The notes under the pieces were generated by a model. The model saw only the letters and a program-made list of their open reading frames with translations. It ran no database searches and was not told where the DNA came from. A stretch of 60,000 bases of DNA from Mobula hypostoma (taxonomy: Eukaryota), in the NCBI RefSeq assembly GCF_963921235.1, contig NC_086109.1, positions 5,210,001-5,270,000 of the forward strand, read 5' to 3'. Every line of letters begins with the position of its first letter. Position 1 is the first letter of the stretch. Positions 25,319 to 36,941 of this stretch are shown here, piece by piece. Made by a program: the position numbers and the translations under genes.

Positions 25319-26717
25319 GTGAGTGGCAGGTGTGGAGGGCTCAGGTACAGCTGGTGGTGCTGAGAAAGGCCCAGCAAAGAGAGCCACGATGAAAAATCAC
25401 CCGCACTTCAGGCTCACAGTCAGGTTCATTATCACTGACTTATCCAGCGTGAAATTTGTTGTTTTGCAGTAACAGTATAGTGCAAAGACTAAAATTCCTG
25501 CAAATTGCAAACAAAAAAGGAAACAATAACAAGGCAGTCTTCATGGGTTTATGGACTGTACCAAAATCTGTTAGCAGAAGGGAAGAAGCTGTACCTAAAA
25601 CACTGAGTGTATGTCTGCAGGCTCCTGTACCTCCTCTCTGATAGTCATCAGCATCATCATTATGTGCTGTGTCATATGACATGGACAATCAAGATTGTTC
25701 TTGAGAAACTTTTCTACACAGAGGTTTTCCATTACTTTCTTCTGGGCAGTGTCTTTACAAGACAGGTGACCCCAGCCATTATCAATACCCTGGTGTCAGT
25801 GGTCACATAACCAGGACTTGTGATATGCACCAGATGCTCATGTGAACCATCTGCCACCTGCCCCCATGACTTCACATGACCCTGATCGGAGGGGCTAAGC
25901 AGGTGCTACACCTTGCCCAAGGGTGACCTGCAGGTTAGCAGAGGGACAGGCCCCCTTACATCTACTTTGGTAGAGACGTACAGTATCTCCACCCCGACAC
26001 CCATAAGAGTAGCAATAAGGAAAAGGCGTGTCCGGGATTTTGGGGGTCCTTAACGATGGATGCCGCCTTCTTGACATACCACCTCTTGCAGATCCTCGAT
26101 GGTGGGAGGGTTGTGCCTGTGATGGAGTTGGCTGACTCTACAATCGTCTGCAGCCTCTTGCGATCCTGTGCAGTGGAGACTCTGCACCAGGCCATGATAC
26201 AACAGTCAGAGAGCTCTCCACCAATAGCCAATGGAAATTTACCAGTGCATTTTGTGATAAATCGAATCTCATCAGCCGCATCAACGTTGCATTTGCTAAA
26301 GTCAGCAGCCAAATTACTTTTCAAAAGCACAACTCTAAAGTCAAAGTACATTTATTATCTACCTGATTATATGTCGGCGGCATACAACCCCGAGATTCAT
26401 CTTCCCACAGGCAGCCACAAAACAAAGAAAGCCATGGAACCCCCCCCCCAACCCACGCAAAAAAAAAAACAAATTGCACAAACAGCAAAAAAAAAGAATG
26501 ACAAAACACTGAATACAAAACAGAAAATCGAAAGAGTCCTGGCATATTCAAAGGCGCTGTGCCTTTTGTTATCTGCAAGCTGCCTCAGTCAAAATTGACC
26601 AAATAGCATAAGAAAAGGGGCAACTGTAAACACATTAGTTCGTGCTAATGCCACACCAAGCTGAAGGAACTGTATGAGCTTGAATTTTCAGATAATTTTA
26701 ATTAAAGCAAAAGATTT

Positions 26718-27240
26718 AGAACATAGAAAAGTACAGCATATCACAGGCTTTACAATACTGACTCGTAATCTACTCCAAGATCAACCTAATGCTTCCATCC
26801 TGCATAGCCCTCAATTTTTCTTTCATCCTTGTGCCTACCAAGAGTCTCTTAAAAACCTTTATCATATCAGCCTTTCTACCATCCCTGGCAGGACGATTCA
26901 GCTGTGTAAAAAAACTTACCTCTGTCATCCCCCCTATACTTCCCTCCAATTACCTTAAAATTATGCTCCCTTGTATTAACCATTTCCACCCTGAGATAAA
27001 AGTCTCTGGCTGTCCACTCTATCTACACCTCTCAACATCTTGTACACCTCTATAAAGTCTCCTCTCATCTTCCTTCGCTTGAAAGAAAAAAGCCTCAGCT
27101 TGCTCACCCTATCCTCATATGATACGCTCTCTAATCCAGGCTGCATCCTGGTAAATCTCCTCTGCACTCTCTCTAAAGTTTCTGCATCCTTCCTGTAATG
27201 AGGCAATTAGAACTGGGCACAATGTTCCGAGTGTGGTTGG
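26718..27240 (-). mobile_element. CR1 LINE 3' fragment
   Basis: PHYRKD..LERVQRRFTRM..RMRGDFIEVYK; tagaacatagaa tail. Confidence 0.85.
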
Positions 27241-27276
27241 TAAAGGGGGGTTAACGCTGAGTGTCTGTGTTTGCAG

Positions 27277-27414
27277 AGATCGCTGAGGGAAGAGGAACAG
27301 GAGTCTGCCCACTGGAAAGAGTTGTATCACAGGGCGATGGCTGAGTGTGCTGAACTGACAGCCCAGTGCTCAGAGACTACCGATCGACTGCACATCGTAG
27401 AGAGCAAGCTACAG
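27277..27414 (+). CDS. TRAF3IP3: TRAF3IP3 coding exon 9 (RSLREEEQ...HIVESKLQ)
   Basis: ttgcAG acceptor, CAG|GTAACG donor; coiled-coil. Confidence 0.92.
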
Positions 27415-27931
27415 GTAACGTTCTGTCCGTGGACCCTGACTCCTCCACTCTGAAAGCATTTAAAGAAAGCATAAATGAAAAGTGACAAAATTGTCATACA
27501 GTCATATAGCACAGAAAAGGGCATTTTGGCCCAACATTTCCATGCCAATATCTATACCACTATCCACATGTCTGGTCTATCATCTGTAGCACTGTCCACG
27601 TGACAATACCACTATCTAAACCATAATCCACATGTCCATACCACTACCTATATTATCCACATGTTCATACCGCTACCTATACCATTATCCACATATCCAT
27701 ACCTGTATCTATAGCACCACTTACCATTTACCACCACTTCCTCTATTGGCTATTGAGTCTTGCCAATTCAAATGCCCATCCCCATACTTTTTAAGTGCCA
27801 TTGAGAGCCTCTGATGGCGGATCTTGACCCGAAATATCCTATATCCTTCTCTTAATTCATGTGCTTCTCAGTAACTTCATTTCTAAAATCATTGACAAAT
27901 CTCCTGATGTCCAAAAATCTCCTGAATTTGT

Positions 27932-27932
<1 letters not shown>

Positions 27933-27958
<26 letters not shown>
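27933..27958. repeat. (CA)n microsatellite
   Basis: Direct observation. Confidence 0.95.
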
Positions 27959-27962
<4 letters not shown>

Positions 27963-28920
27963 AAATATAAAAAATAGATAAATTACTATAAATAAGTAGT
28001 GTAAAAATAGAAATAAAAAAATAGTGAGGTAGTGTTCATGGGTTCAACTTCCATTCAGAAATCTGAAGGCAGCGGGGGAAGAGCCGTTCCTGAATCATTG
28101 AGTGTGCATCTTCAGGCTCCTGTACCTCCTCCCTGATGGTGGCAATGAGACGAGGGCACGTCCTGGGTGATGGGGGTCCTCAATGATGGATGCTGCCTCT
28201 TTGAGGCATCACTCCTTGAAGATGCCCTGGGTGCTATGGAGGACTGCTATTGAGTGGAAGTAACCGGATGGGTGCAGGAGAGATTCCAACAACCACCCAT
28301 ACTGCTTGTGGCCAGTTCCCAGCCCAGGATCGCTGAACTCACTGGCCAGTACAAAACTGAGGTCTGTGAAGGACCACTTCAACTAGATATGCCAAAGATG
28401 AAAAGCCATCAATCTCTGTTTCGTTCTCCACAGATACTACCCAGCCTGGCAGGTATCCCTAACATCTTCTGCTTTTAGTTCAGATTGCTGGCATCTCCTT
28501 GTGTTTGGAGACACCAGACACGGAAATACTGGAATCTGGAGCAACAATATTCTGGAGGAATTCAGCATCTGTGATGCTGCAAGACCTGCTGAATTGCTCC
28601 GGAACATTGCTTGCTACTCCATTGTATTTTGTTCGCTTTTCACATTACTCTAAAATAATTGGCCAGATTATTTTTTCATTGGAGGTGAATAAACAGTCGA
28701 CATTTTGGGCCGAGACCCATCATCAGGTCATCCTGAGTCCTGATGAAAGGCCTCTGCCCGAAATGTTGACTGCTTATTCCCCTCCGTAGATACTGTCTGA
28801 CTTGCTGAGTTCCTTTAGCGCTTTCTGTGTGTTCTTCAAGATTTCCGGCATCTGCAGAATCTCTTGTATTTACTTTTTTTTTATCTTTCTCCCTCATCGC
28901 TTCATCGCTGTTTTTCCCAG

Positions 28921-29065
28921 AGAGCAGAAAGTGATGGTACAGCACTCAGGAATTTACAGAGCAAATTGGAGACTGTTGAAAATCAAACCCAGGAACTCCT
29001 GAACCAAATTGAAGCCTTGAAAGAAGACAATGAACTCAAGCAAAAGCAGCTTCTAATCAGCAGAG
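28921..29065 (+). CDS. TRAF3IP3: TRAF3IP3 coding exon 10 (RAESDG...LLISR)
   Basis: tttttcccAG acceptor, GAG|GTATGC donor, phase 0 to 1; coiled-coil. Confidence 0.9.
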
Positions 29066-29774
29066 GTATGCCTGGATTGGGAATCAGCATCAGAATCAGG
29101 TTGATTATCGCTGACATATGATATGAAATTTGTTCTTTTGTGGCAGCAGCACAGCACAAAGTCATATTGCAGAAGCAGTGCAGAGAAAATGACTAGTGAG
29201 TTGGTGTTCATAGGCTTCATGGACTGTTCAGAAATCTGACGGTGGAGAAGACGATGTTTCTGAATTGTTGTTCGGGCTGCTGAGCCTCCTCAGGAAGCAG
29301 GCATGTCCTGGATGGTGAGAATCCTTAGTGATTGATGCTGCCCTTCTTAAAGATGTCCTGAATAGTTGGGTGAGTTGAGCTCGATGGAGCTGGGTGAGTC
29401 CATAAACCCTTTGCAGTCTCTAGCGATCCTGTGCAGTAGAGTCTCCATACCAGTCAGAATGCCCTCCACAATTCAAGTGTAGAAATTTGCTGGAGAATTT
29501 AGTCACATACCAAATCTCAAATTCGTAATAGAAATGCCAGCGTGTATCCTTCATGAATGCATCAGCGTGCTGGGTCCAGGACAGATTTTCTGAGATATTG
29601 ACAGAGGGGAATTGCCACATTTCTTTAGTCTCCTGAGGAAGGAGAGGCATTGGTGAGCTTTCTTGACCATGGACCAGGACAGACTGCTGGTGACGTTCAC
29701 ATTTAGGAACTTGAAGCTCTTGACCTCAGCACTATTGATGTAGTGAGACACTGAGAGCTGCCCAGTGTGTGATA

Positions 29775-30782
29775 GCTGACATTGTTAACAACATGCATAA
29801 AATGCACACGCACCTGACACGATTAAAAAAACACACACCTGACAGCATTAAAAACACACACCTGACAACATTAACAACACACACCTGACAACATTAACAC
29901 ACACACGCACCTGACACCATTAACAAACACACCTGACACCATTAAAAACACACACCTGACACCATTAACAACACACGCACCTGACACCATTAACACACAC
30001 ACCTGACAACATTAACAACACACGCACCTGACACCATTAACACACACACCTGACAACATTAACACACACACCTGACACCATTAACACACACACCTGACAG
30101 CATTAACAATACACACAAAATGCACACACACCTGACACCATTAACACACACATAACCGACACCATTAAAAACACACACCTGACAGCATTAACACATGCAC
30201 CTGACACCATTAACACACACACCTGACAGCATTAACACACGCACCTGACACCATTAACACACACACTTGACAGCATTAACAACACACACAAAATGCACAC
30301 GCACCTGACACTATTAACACACACATAACCGACACCATTAAAAACACACACCTGACAGCATTAACACACGCACCTGACACCATTAACACACACACCTGAC
30401 AGCATTAACACACACACCTGACAGCATTAACAACACACACAAAATGCACACACAACTGACACCATTAACAACACACACAATATGCACACAAAACTGACAC
30501 CATTAACAAGACGCACATGACACCATTAACAACACACACATACCTGACACCATTAAATAACACACACAAAATGCACACACAACTGACACAATTAACACAT
30601 ACACCTGACACCATTAACAACCCACACAAAATGCACACATAACTGATAACATTAACAACACACACACAACTGACACCATTAACAACATACACAAAATGCA
30701 CACAGAACTGACACCATTAACAACACACACAACTGACACCATTAACGACACAAACAAAATGCACACACAATTGCTGACACTA
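29775..30782. repeat. AC-rich minisatellite, unit about 20-23 bp (ACACACACCTGACACCATTA)
   Basis: About 1 kb of tandem units with a recurrent AAAATGCAC variant. Confidence 0.95.
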
Positions 30783-30828
30783 TTGTACTGTGAGTGGGGA
30801 AAATAATAATTGATGTTCTTTCCTGCAG

Positions 30829-30891
30829 CTGAACTACAAAAAGCTGAAGAGCAACAGCAAAGAATGGCTTCTACAATAATGAACCTTCAGA
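30829..30891 (+). CDS. TRAF3IP3: TRAF3IP3 coding exon 11 (AELQKAEEQQQRMASTIMNLQ)
   Basis: tttcctgcAG acceptor, AGA|GTAAGT donor, phase 1 to 1. Confidence 0.88.
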
Positions 30892-32660
30892 GTAAGTGCA
30901 GATACCTTCTGTAGTGTGGTCAACAAGTAAACGTGCAGAACCTTCCAAAAAACAGGCTCAGCATCTTCCAGAGACACAAGAGATTCTGCAGATGCTGGAA
31001 ACCTTCAGCAACACACACAAAATGCTGGAGGAGCTCGGCATGATCTGCAGCATCTATGAAGGAACAAATACTTTGGACCTGATGAAGGGTCTTGGCCCAA
31101 AACATCAACTATCCATTTCCCTCCATAGATGCTCTTAGATAGAAAAGGGTGATAGAAAAATGGAGGGCTATATAGGAAGGGTTAGATTGATCTTAGAGCA
31201 GGTTAGAGGGTTGGCACAACCTTGTGGGATGAAGGGTGTGTAATGTTCTATGTTTTATGTTCATACCAACCTAGGTCCATACTCACAGTCCATGGTGGAC
31301 ACATGGGGCAGAGGATAGACCAATTTTCCTTTTACTTATTGGGTTTCTGATGAATTCACTTGGGTGTGAGTGCGACTGGCCCCTGTGGTGATACTCACCA
31401 ACCCATTGCATCGTATCAGTGACACACAGTATGGATAATTTTTGCCTTGCTTTGGGAAGGGTTCAGAGCTTGGATACTACTTCAGGAGCCCAGTAAATGC
31501 TGCTCTGTGACCTTGGTGATCACTGCCTAGTTACTGCCAGCTAGGAGTTGTAATGTTAGTCTTGGTGATTAGGGTTAGCTATTGCTAGTTGGGACCTAGA
31601 TTGATGGCCTCAGAGATATCTGATGGTTACTATTAGGAGTTGGGACTTTGGTTAGTGTGATTGGGATACTTACTGCTCCATGGGAGAATTTTTGCAAAAT
31701 TTAATGAGAATTTCTTTATCAGGTGGTGGTAAGGGCAGATACATTAAGAACATTTAAGATACTTTTAGGTAGACACAGGGATGATAGAAAACTGGAGGGC
31801 TATGTGTGAAGAAGACAATGGGAAACCACGTAGAAACATAGAAAACCTACAGCACAATACAGGCTCTTCGGCTCACAAAGCAGTGCCGAACAAGTCCTTA
31901 CCTTAGAAATTACCTAGGGTTACCCAAAGCCCTCTATTTTTCTGAGCTCCATGTACTTGTCTAGGAGTCTCTTAAAAGACCCTATCATATCCGCCTCCAC
32001 CACCATCGCTGGCAGCCCATTCCACGCACTCACCACTCTGCGTAAAAAACTTACCCCTGACATCTCCTCTGTACCTACTTCCAAGCACCTTAAAACTGTG
32101 CCCTCTCATGATAGCTATTCCAGCCCTGGGAAACAGCCTCTGACTATCCACACGATCAATGCCTCTCATCATCTTATACACCTCTGTAGAAAAATTTGCC
32201 AGGAACAATCATGGTTATAAGGCAATAACATATAGGAGCAGAATTAGGCCATTTGGCCCATTGAGTATGCTGTATCATTTAATAATGGCTCGCTCATTTT
32301 CCATCTCAGTCATGGATGGAGAAGGAAGACCATGATCGCCCATGTCATATGACATATCACATAATGATGAAGATGATGTGTGAGGGAAAGGTTAGATTGA
32401 TCTTGGAGTAGGTCAAAAGGTCAGCTGAAGAGCCTAAACTTTTGTTCTATGTTCTATGTTAAATGATATCATGAGCTTACAGAACAGGGAGCCAATATCA
32501 TGGAATGTTACATTTTGCATGGTGAACAAATGTCTGGAATAAAATTGAAATCCGTTAATGAGTTGAATTTGTGTGTTTCCATTGGGCTGAAGAGCCTGTA
32601 TCCGTGCTGTAAATGCTCCAAGATGACACTAATCCTTTTCCACGTTTCTTCAAACTGCAG

Positions 32661-32720
32661 GCACGCTACAGAACCAAGTCACTGACACTGCAGAGCAGGA
32701 GACAACTGTGCTACAGAACG
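32661..32720 (+). CDS. TRAF3IP3: TRAF3IP3 coding exon 12 (STLQNQVTDTAEQETTVLQN)
   Basis: ctgcAG acceptor, ACG|GTTAGT donor, phase 1 to 1; LQNQ..EQE motif. Confidence 0.85.
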
Positions 32721-33010
32721 GTTAGTCCAGCTCCCCGGTATCTCAACTGCTGTCGTTTGCCTCTTGATTCCGAACCTAGACTCTGATACAATGCGACAGG
32801 CATGAAATGCTGGAGGAACTCAGCAGGTCAGGCAACATCTATGGAAAGGAGTAAATAGCCGACATTTCGGGCCGAGACCCTTCATCGGGACCCATGTTTA
32901 TTTTTTTCCGCAGATGCTGCCTGATCCGCGGAGTTCCTCCAGCGTTTTGTGTGTGTTGCTCTGGATTTCCAGCGTCCTGCAGACTTTCTGTCATTTCTGA
33001 TTCATTGCAG

Positions 33011-33123
33011 GCGAGTCCTATGCCAGGACCGAACAGCGTGAGGTGGCTCGTCAGCTGGAGATCAGACAACTGAAAGAGCAACTAGAAAGGCAATTACATC
33101 AGCTCCACGCTAAACAGGAGGAG
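33011..33123 (+). CDS. TRAF3IP3: TRAF3IP3 coding exon 13 (GESYAR...LHAKQEE)
   Basis: ttgcAG acceptor, GAG|GTGAGA donor, phase 1 to 0. Confidence 0.88.
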
Positions 33124-36100
33124 GTGAGAAAATTATACCCATCCAGATGCTGAACAGAAATACTTCATCAATAATCCCACACATTAAAAACTCAAACTTG
33201 GTTATTAGTGTGATAGGCATACCTACACACGGTAGAAATGCAATGAAAGTTAATGTTTTGCTGCAGCAGCACAGTACAGTACAAGGTCAGACATGAACTT
33301 AGATTAACATACAGTTCTGTGCCAAAGTTGAGTGAGGTGTCTCCCAGTGGAGGTTGGTTGGAGGGGATTCGTAGCCTGTTCCTTAGTTACAGCCTTCAGC
33401 AATTTGGGCATCGAGGGAGAGAGGAAGAGGAGAGCCATCCGCAGTACCACCGATGTGGCAGAGAGGGCCTCAAGATGGCTGTGGCTCAAAAGAGGGGAGC
33501 CATGGAGTCATAAGTAGCTAGCCATCTGGACACAAGCTGGGGTCTGATCAGCCCCGGCTGGGTCACCTGGAGGAGGTTGTATGATGTTGAAAGACCCAAA
33601 ACACCCGATGATTCCAGGAACATCACTGAAGATGTGTCCAGAAGCATCAGTAGATGTATGTACACAGCAGGCATATTAGCATAGTGGTTAGTGCAACACT
33701 TTACAGTAACAATGACCCAAATTCAATTCCCATTGCTGTCTGTAAGGAGTTTGTATGTTCTTCCTGTGACTGCCTTGGGGGGGGGGGGTGCTCAGATTTC
33801 CTCCCTCAGTCCAAAGGTGTACCTGTCGGTTGGATAATAGGTCATTGTGAATTGTTCCATGATTAAGCTAGGGTTAAAACTGGGATAGCTGGGCGGTGCA
33901 GCTCAAAGGGCTGGAAGGCCTACTTCATGCTGTATCTCAATTTAAAAAATGTATAGCTAGGGTGCCTGAGACGTTTGCACAGTACTGTATTTGTCAACGT
34001 GGAGCGGAGAGCGAGCTTGAAATCTGGTGGGAGCAAAGGATGCTGGGAAAGGTGAGGGAGAGGAAGAACAGGAGGAGTGTCGGGGCGGTAGATGATGTTG
34101 GTGCAGGCACACCCAGTTCTGAGACACCAGGCAAGGCCATTTGATTCCAAACAATTGGTTTATTCATCATTACAGAATGTCCCTCTGGTGCATTCCACTC
34201 CCTGCCCTCTCCCTTCCCCTTTTCCCAACCATGATTCCCCTCTCCCTGCCTCCTTCCCACTCTCAGTCCACAATTGAGACCCATATCAGAATCAGGTTTA
34301 TCATCACTCACACACGTCATGAAATTTGTTTTGTTTTGTGGCAGCAGTACAGTGCAATACATAAAATTACTACAGTACTGTGCAAAAGTCTTGGGCACCC
34401 GAGCTATATATAAGCACCTAAGTCTTTTGCACTGTACTGGTGGGGAGAGCTGTACCAATGATGGCACTGGCCAAATCCACCTCTTTCTATAGCCTCTGGT
34501 ATCCCTGTGCTTTGGAGTTTCCGTACCAGTCTCCGATGCCACCAGTCAGAATGTAGAGTGCCACAAGCTGAGAAATACCACATGCCAATTTATAGCAATT
34601 CATTCAAAGAATGTCCCTTTAAGGTCAACAATACTTAAAATTCCCCATTTTAGCAATCTCTGGTTCTACTTTGATCGGCATGGATAGTGGGCGTATGGAG
34701 GGCTATGGTCCAGCTGCAGGTCAATGCGAGTAGCAGTTTAAACGGTTTGGCACGGCCATAGGGCCTGGTTATGTGCTCTCTATGACTCTATGACATATTT
34801 GGAAAAGTCTGTTTGTCCCAGAGAGCTGAAAGCATGGCGTGATTTGTGAGTTTAACCCGATTATGTTTTATGCCATATGAGGAGGAGGATATTTCACTCC
34901 TGTCTCATTCCATGAAAGATGGGCCAACTGTGTTTGAGGCAAAGTGATTTACACGGCAGAAGTTTAACTCATTATTAGTGCATCATGGCCAGTATCAAGC
35001 TTCTTGTGACTTGTTGGAGGTGCAGTCATTCGGGCAAGTGGAGAATTCGTCATCACACTCCTGACATGTGTCTAGTCAGTGATAGAATGTCTCTGGGATA
35101 TCAGAAGGGGCTTCACTTGATGCAAGATAACCAACCTGCCACCTGCTCTTTAAGTCCCAGTATTTATATGGCTTGGGTGGCGAGGTGGAGATACGTCTCT
35201 CCCAAAGGGGATGTAAGATGCTCCTTCCCTCCGCTAGCCTGCAGGTCACTGTTGGGCAAGGTGTAGCACCTGCTTAGCCCTCCCCCCTCTCCCCCCCCCC
35301 CGGATCAGGGTCACGTGAAGCCATGGGAACACGTGGTGGATGGTCATACGAGCAGCTGGTGCAGATCACTAGTCCTGGTGATGCAACCACTGACACCAGG
35401 CAGACAATCTCTGAAGAGTATTGATAATGGCTGGGGTCTCCTATCTTGTAAAAACACTGCCCAGAAGAAGGCGATGGCAAACCACTTCTGTAGAAAAATT
35501 TGCCAAGAACCATCATGGTCGCGGGAAGATCATGATCGCCCCCGTCATACAATATGGACTTTCTCTTTTTGATGATCATTCTCTGATACTTTTGATGGCA
35601 TGAAAATTACTTCCAACTTTATTTATTTAGAGACACAGCATAGTAACAGGCCCTTCTGGCCCAACGAAACCATGTGATTACACCCATGTGACTAATTAAC
35701 CTACTAATGTGTACGTCTTTGGAATGTGGGAGGGAGGAAACCAAAACAGTTACGGGGAGAATGTACAATCTCCTTTCAGACAGCGATGGGAATTGAATCC
35801 AGGGTTGCTGGTGCTGTAATGGCGTTACACTCACGTGCTGTCTCTTGTCAAGGTCTTGCTGCATGCGGGCATGGTGGTGGGTGGGGGAGCCGCAGATGGG
35901 ATTGAACGTTGTGGACATCCCCTACTCTGACCTCATAACGGAAGGAAAATCATTGATGATTTGGCCTAGGCTGATAACTGGGTAATAATTGGACGGATTA
36001 GATCCTATGAGCTGGACATTGCAGATGCCAGATTTTGTAACTGTGGCAGAATTCTTGGGAAGAGATGTGGCTCATTCTGGTGAGAAATTCTTCAGTATTG

Positions 36101-36397
36101 CAGCTGAGATGTTAGAAGTCATAGAATTGAACGTTAAGGCAACAGGCTATTCAGCCCATCTGATCCACGTCAGTCTGAGGGTCGACTCCTGTATTAATCC
36201 CAGCTCCCAAACTTTTATGATTAGGCATTTCAGATGCTCTTCTGGAATCTTCTTAAATGTTGTCAGCATCCCAGACGACTGGTTCCACTGATATCACTGT
36301 CCAGTGCACTGAACTGTGAATTCTATCTTCTACCTGTGTCTATGATGTAGTTGACTGTTCAAATCGTATAATCTTCTTTTCCTCGTCAACCCTCCAG

Positions 36398-36511
36398 TGT
36401 GCTGGACTTCATTTGGAGCTCGCGGCTGTGCAGAATGAGCGCCAGGCCCAGCTCAAACAGCGGCAGGGCCCCAGGAACGAGCCGGGGAGAGTTAAGAAGA
36501 GACCTTCCCAG
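36398..36511 (+). CDS. TRAF3IP3: TRAF3IP3 coding exon 14 (CAGLHLEL...KKRPSQ)
   Basis: cctccAG acceptor, CAG|GTGAGG donor; matches the recalled CRELHSEL exon. Confidence 0.88.
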
Positions 36512-36861
36512 GTGAGGTTCTGAAACCTGTTCCAGACTCAGAGCAAGGTGAGAAATAGCCAGACAAATACCAGAGATTAACAACTACTCAGCCACTTCAA
36601 GGCCTGAGATACCTGCATGAACTCACTATGGAAACTGGTTGACAAATAATGCACGCCACGTGATCTAGCACAAGTTTTTCTTGTTATCATTGAGAATTTT
36701 AATCACAAACTAACCCAACAAAAAATTAATAATGCTTTTCTAATTAACTCACTAACTTAAAAATTAAAAACTCTAAAAATGTTTGCAAGGAATTACATTC
36801 AATATTCAGCACTATATCTGCCCAGAAACCTACTTGTGCTAGAGCTGGTAAATCTTTAGCA

Positions 36862-36941
36862 CAGGGGATCTCAACCTTTTTTATGCCATGGACCCCAACC
36901 ATTAACCGAGGGATCCATGGACCCCAGGTTGGGAACCCCTG
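36862..36941. mobile_element. 80-bp hAT-type MITE (second copy about 37559-37632)
   Basis: CAGGGG...CCCCTG termini; 8-bp TSD ctttagca/ctttagcc. Confidence 0.75.

Noticed and set aside
29775..30782. Regular repeats superficially resembling a CRISPR array
   Set aside because: No unique spacers, no cas genes, and the context is a vertebrate intron; it is a minisatellite.
35175..35280. HDV-like ribozyme at the 5' end of the RTE-related element (GGGTGGC/GTCACCC P1-like pairing in the family consensus)
   Set aside because: P3, L3, P1.1 and J4/2 could not be assigned convincingly by eye; kept only as a structured-RNA candidate.
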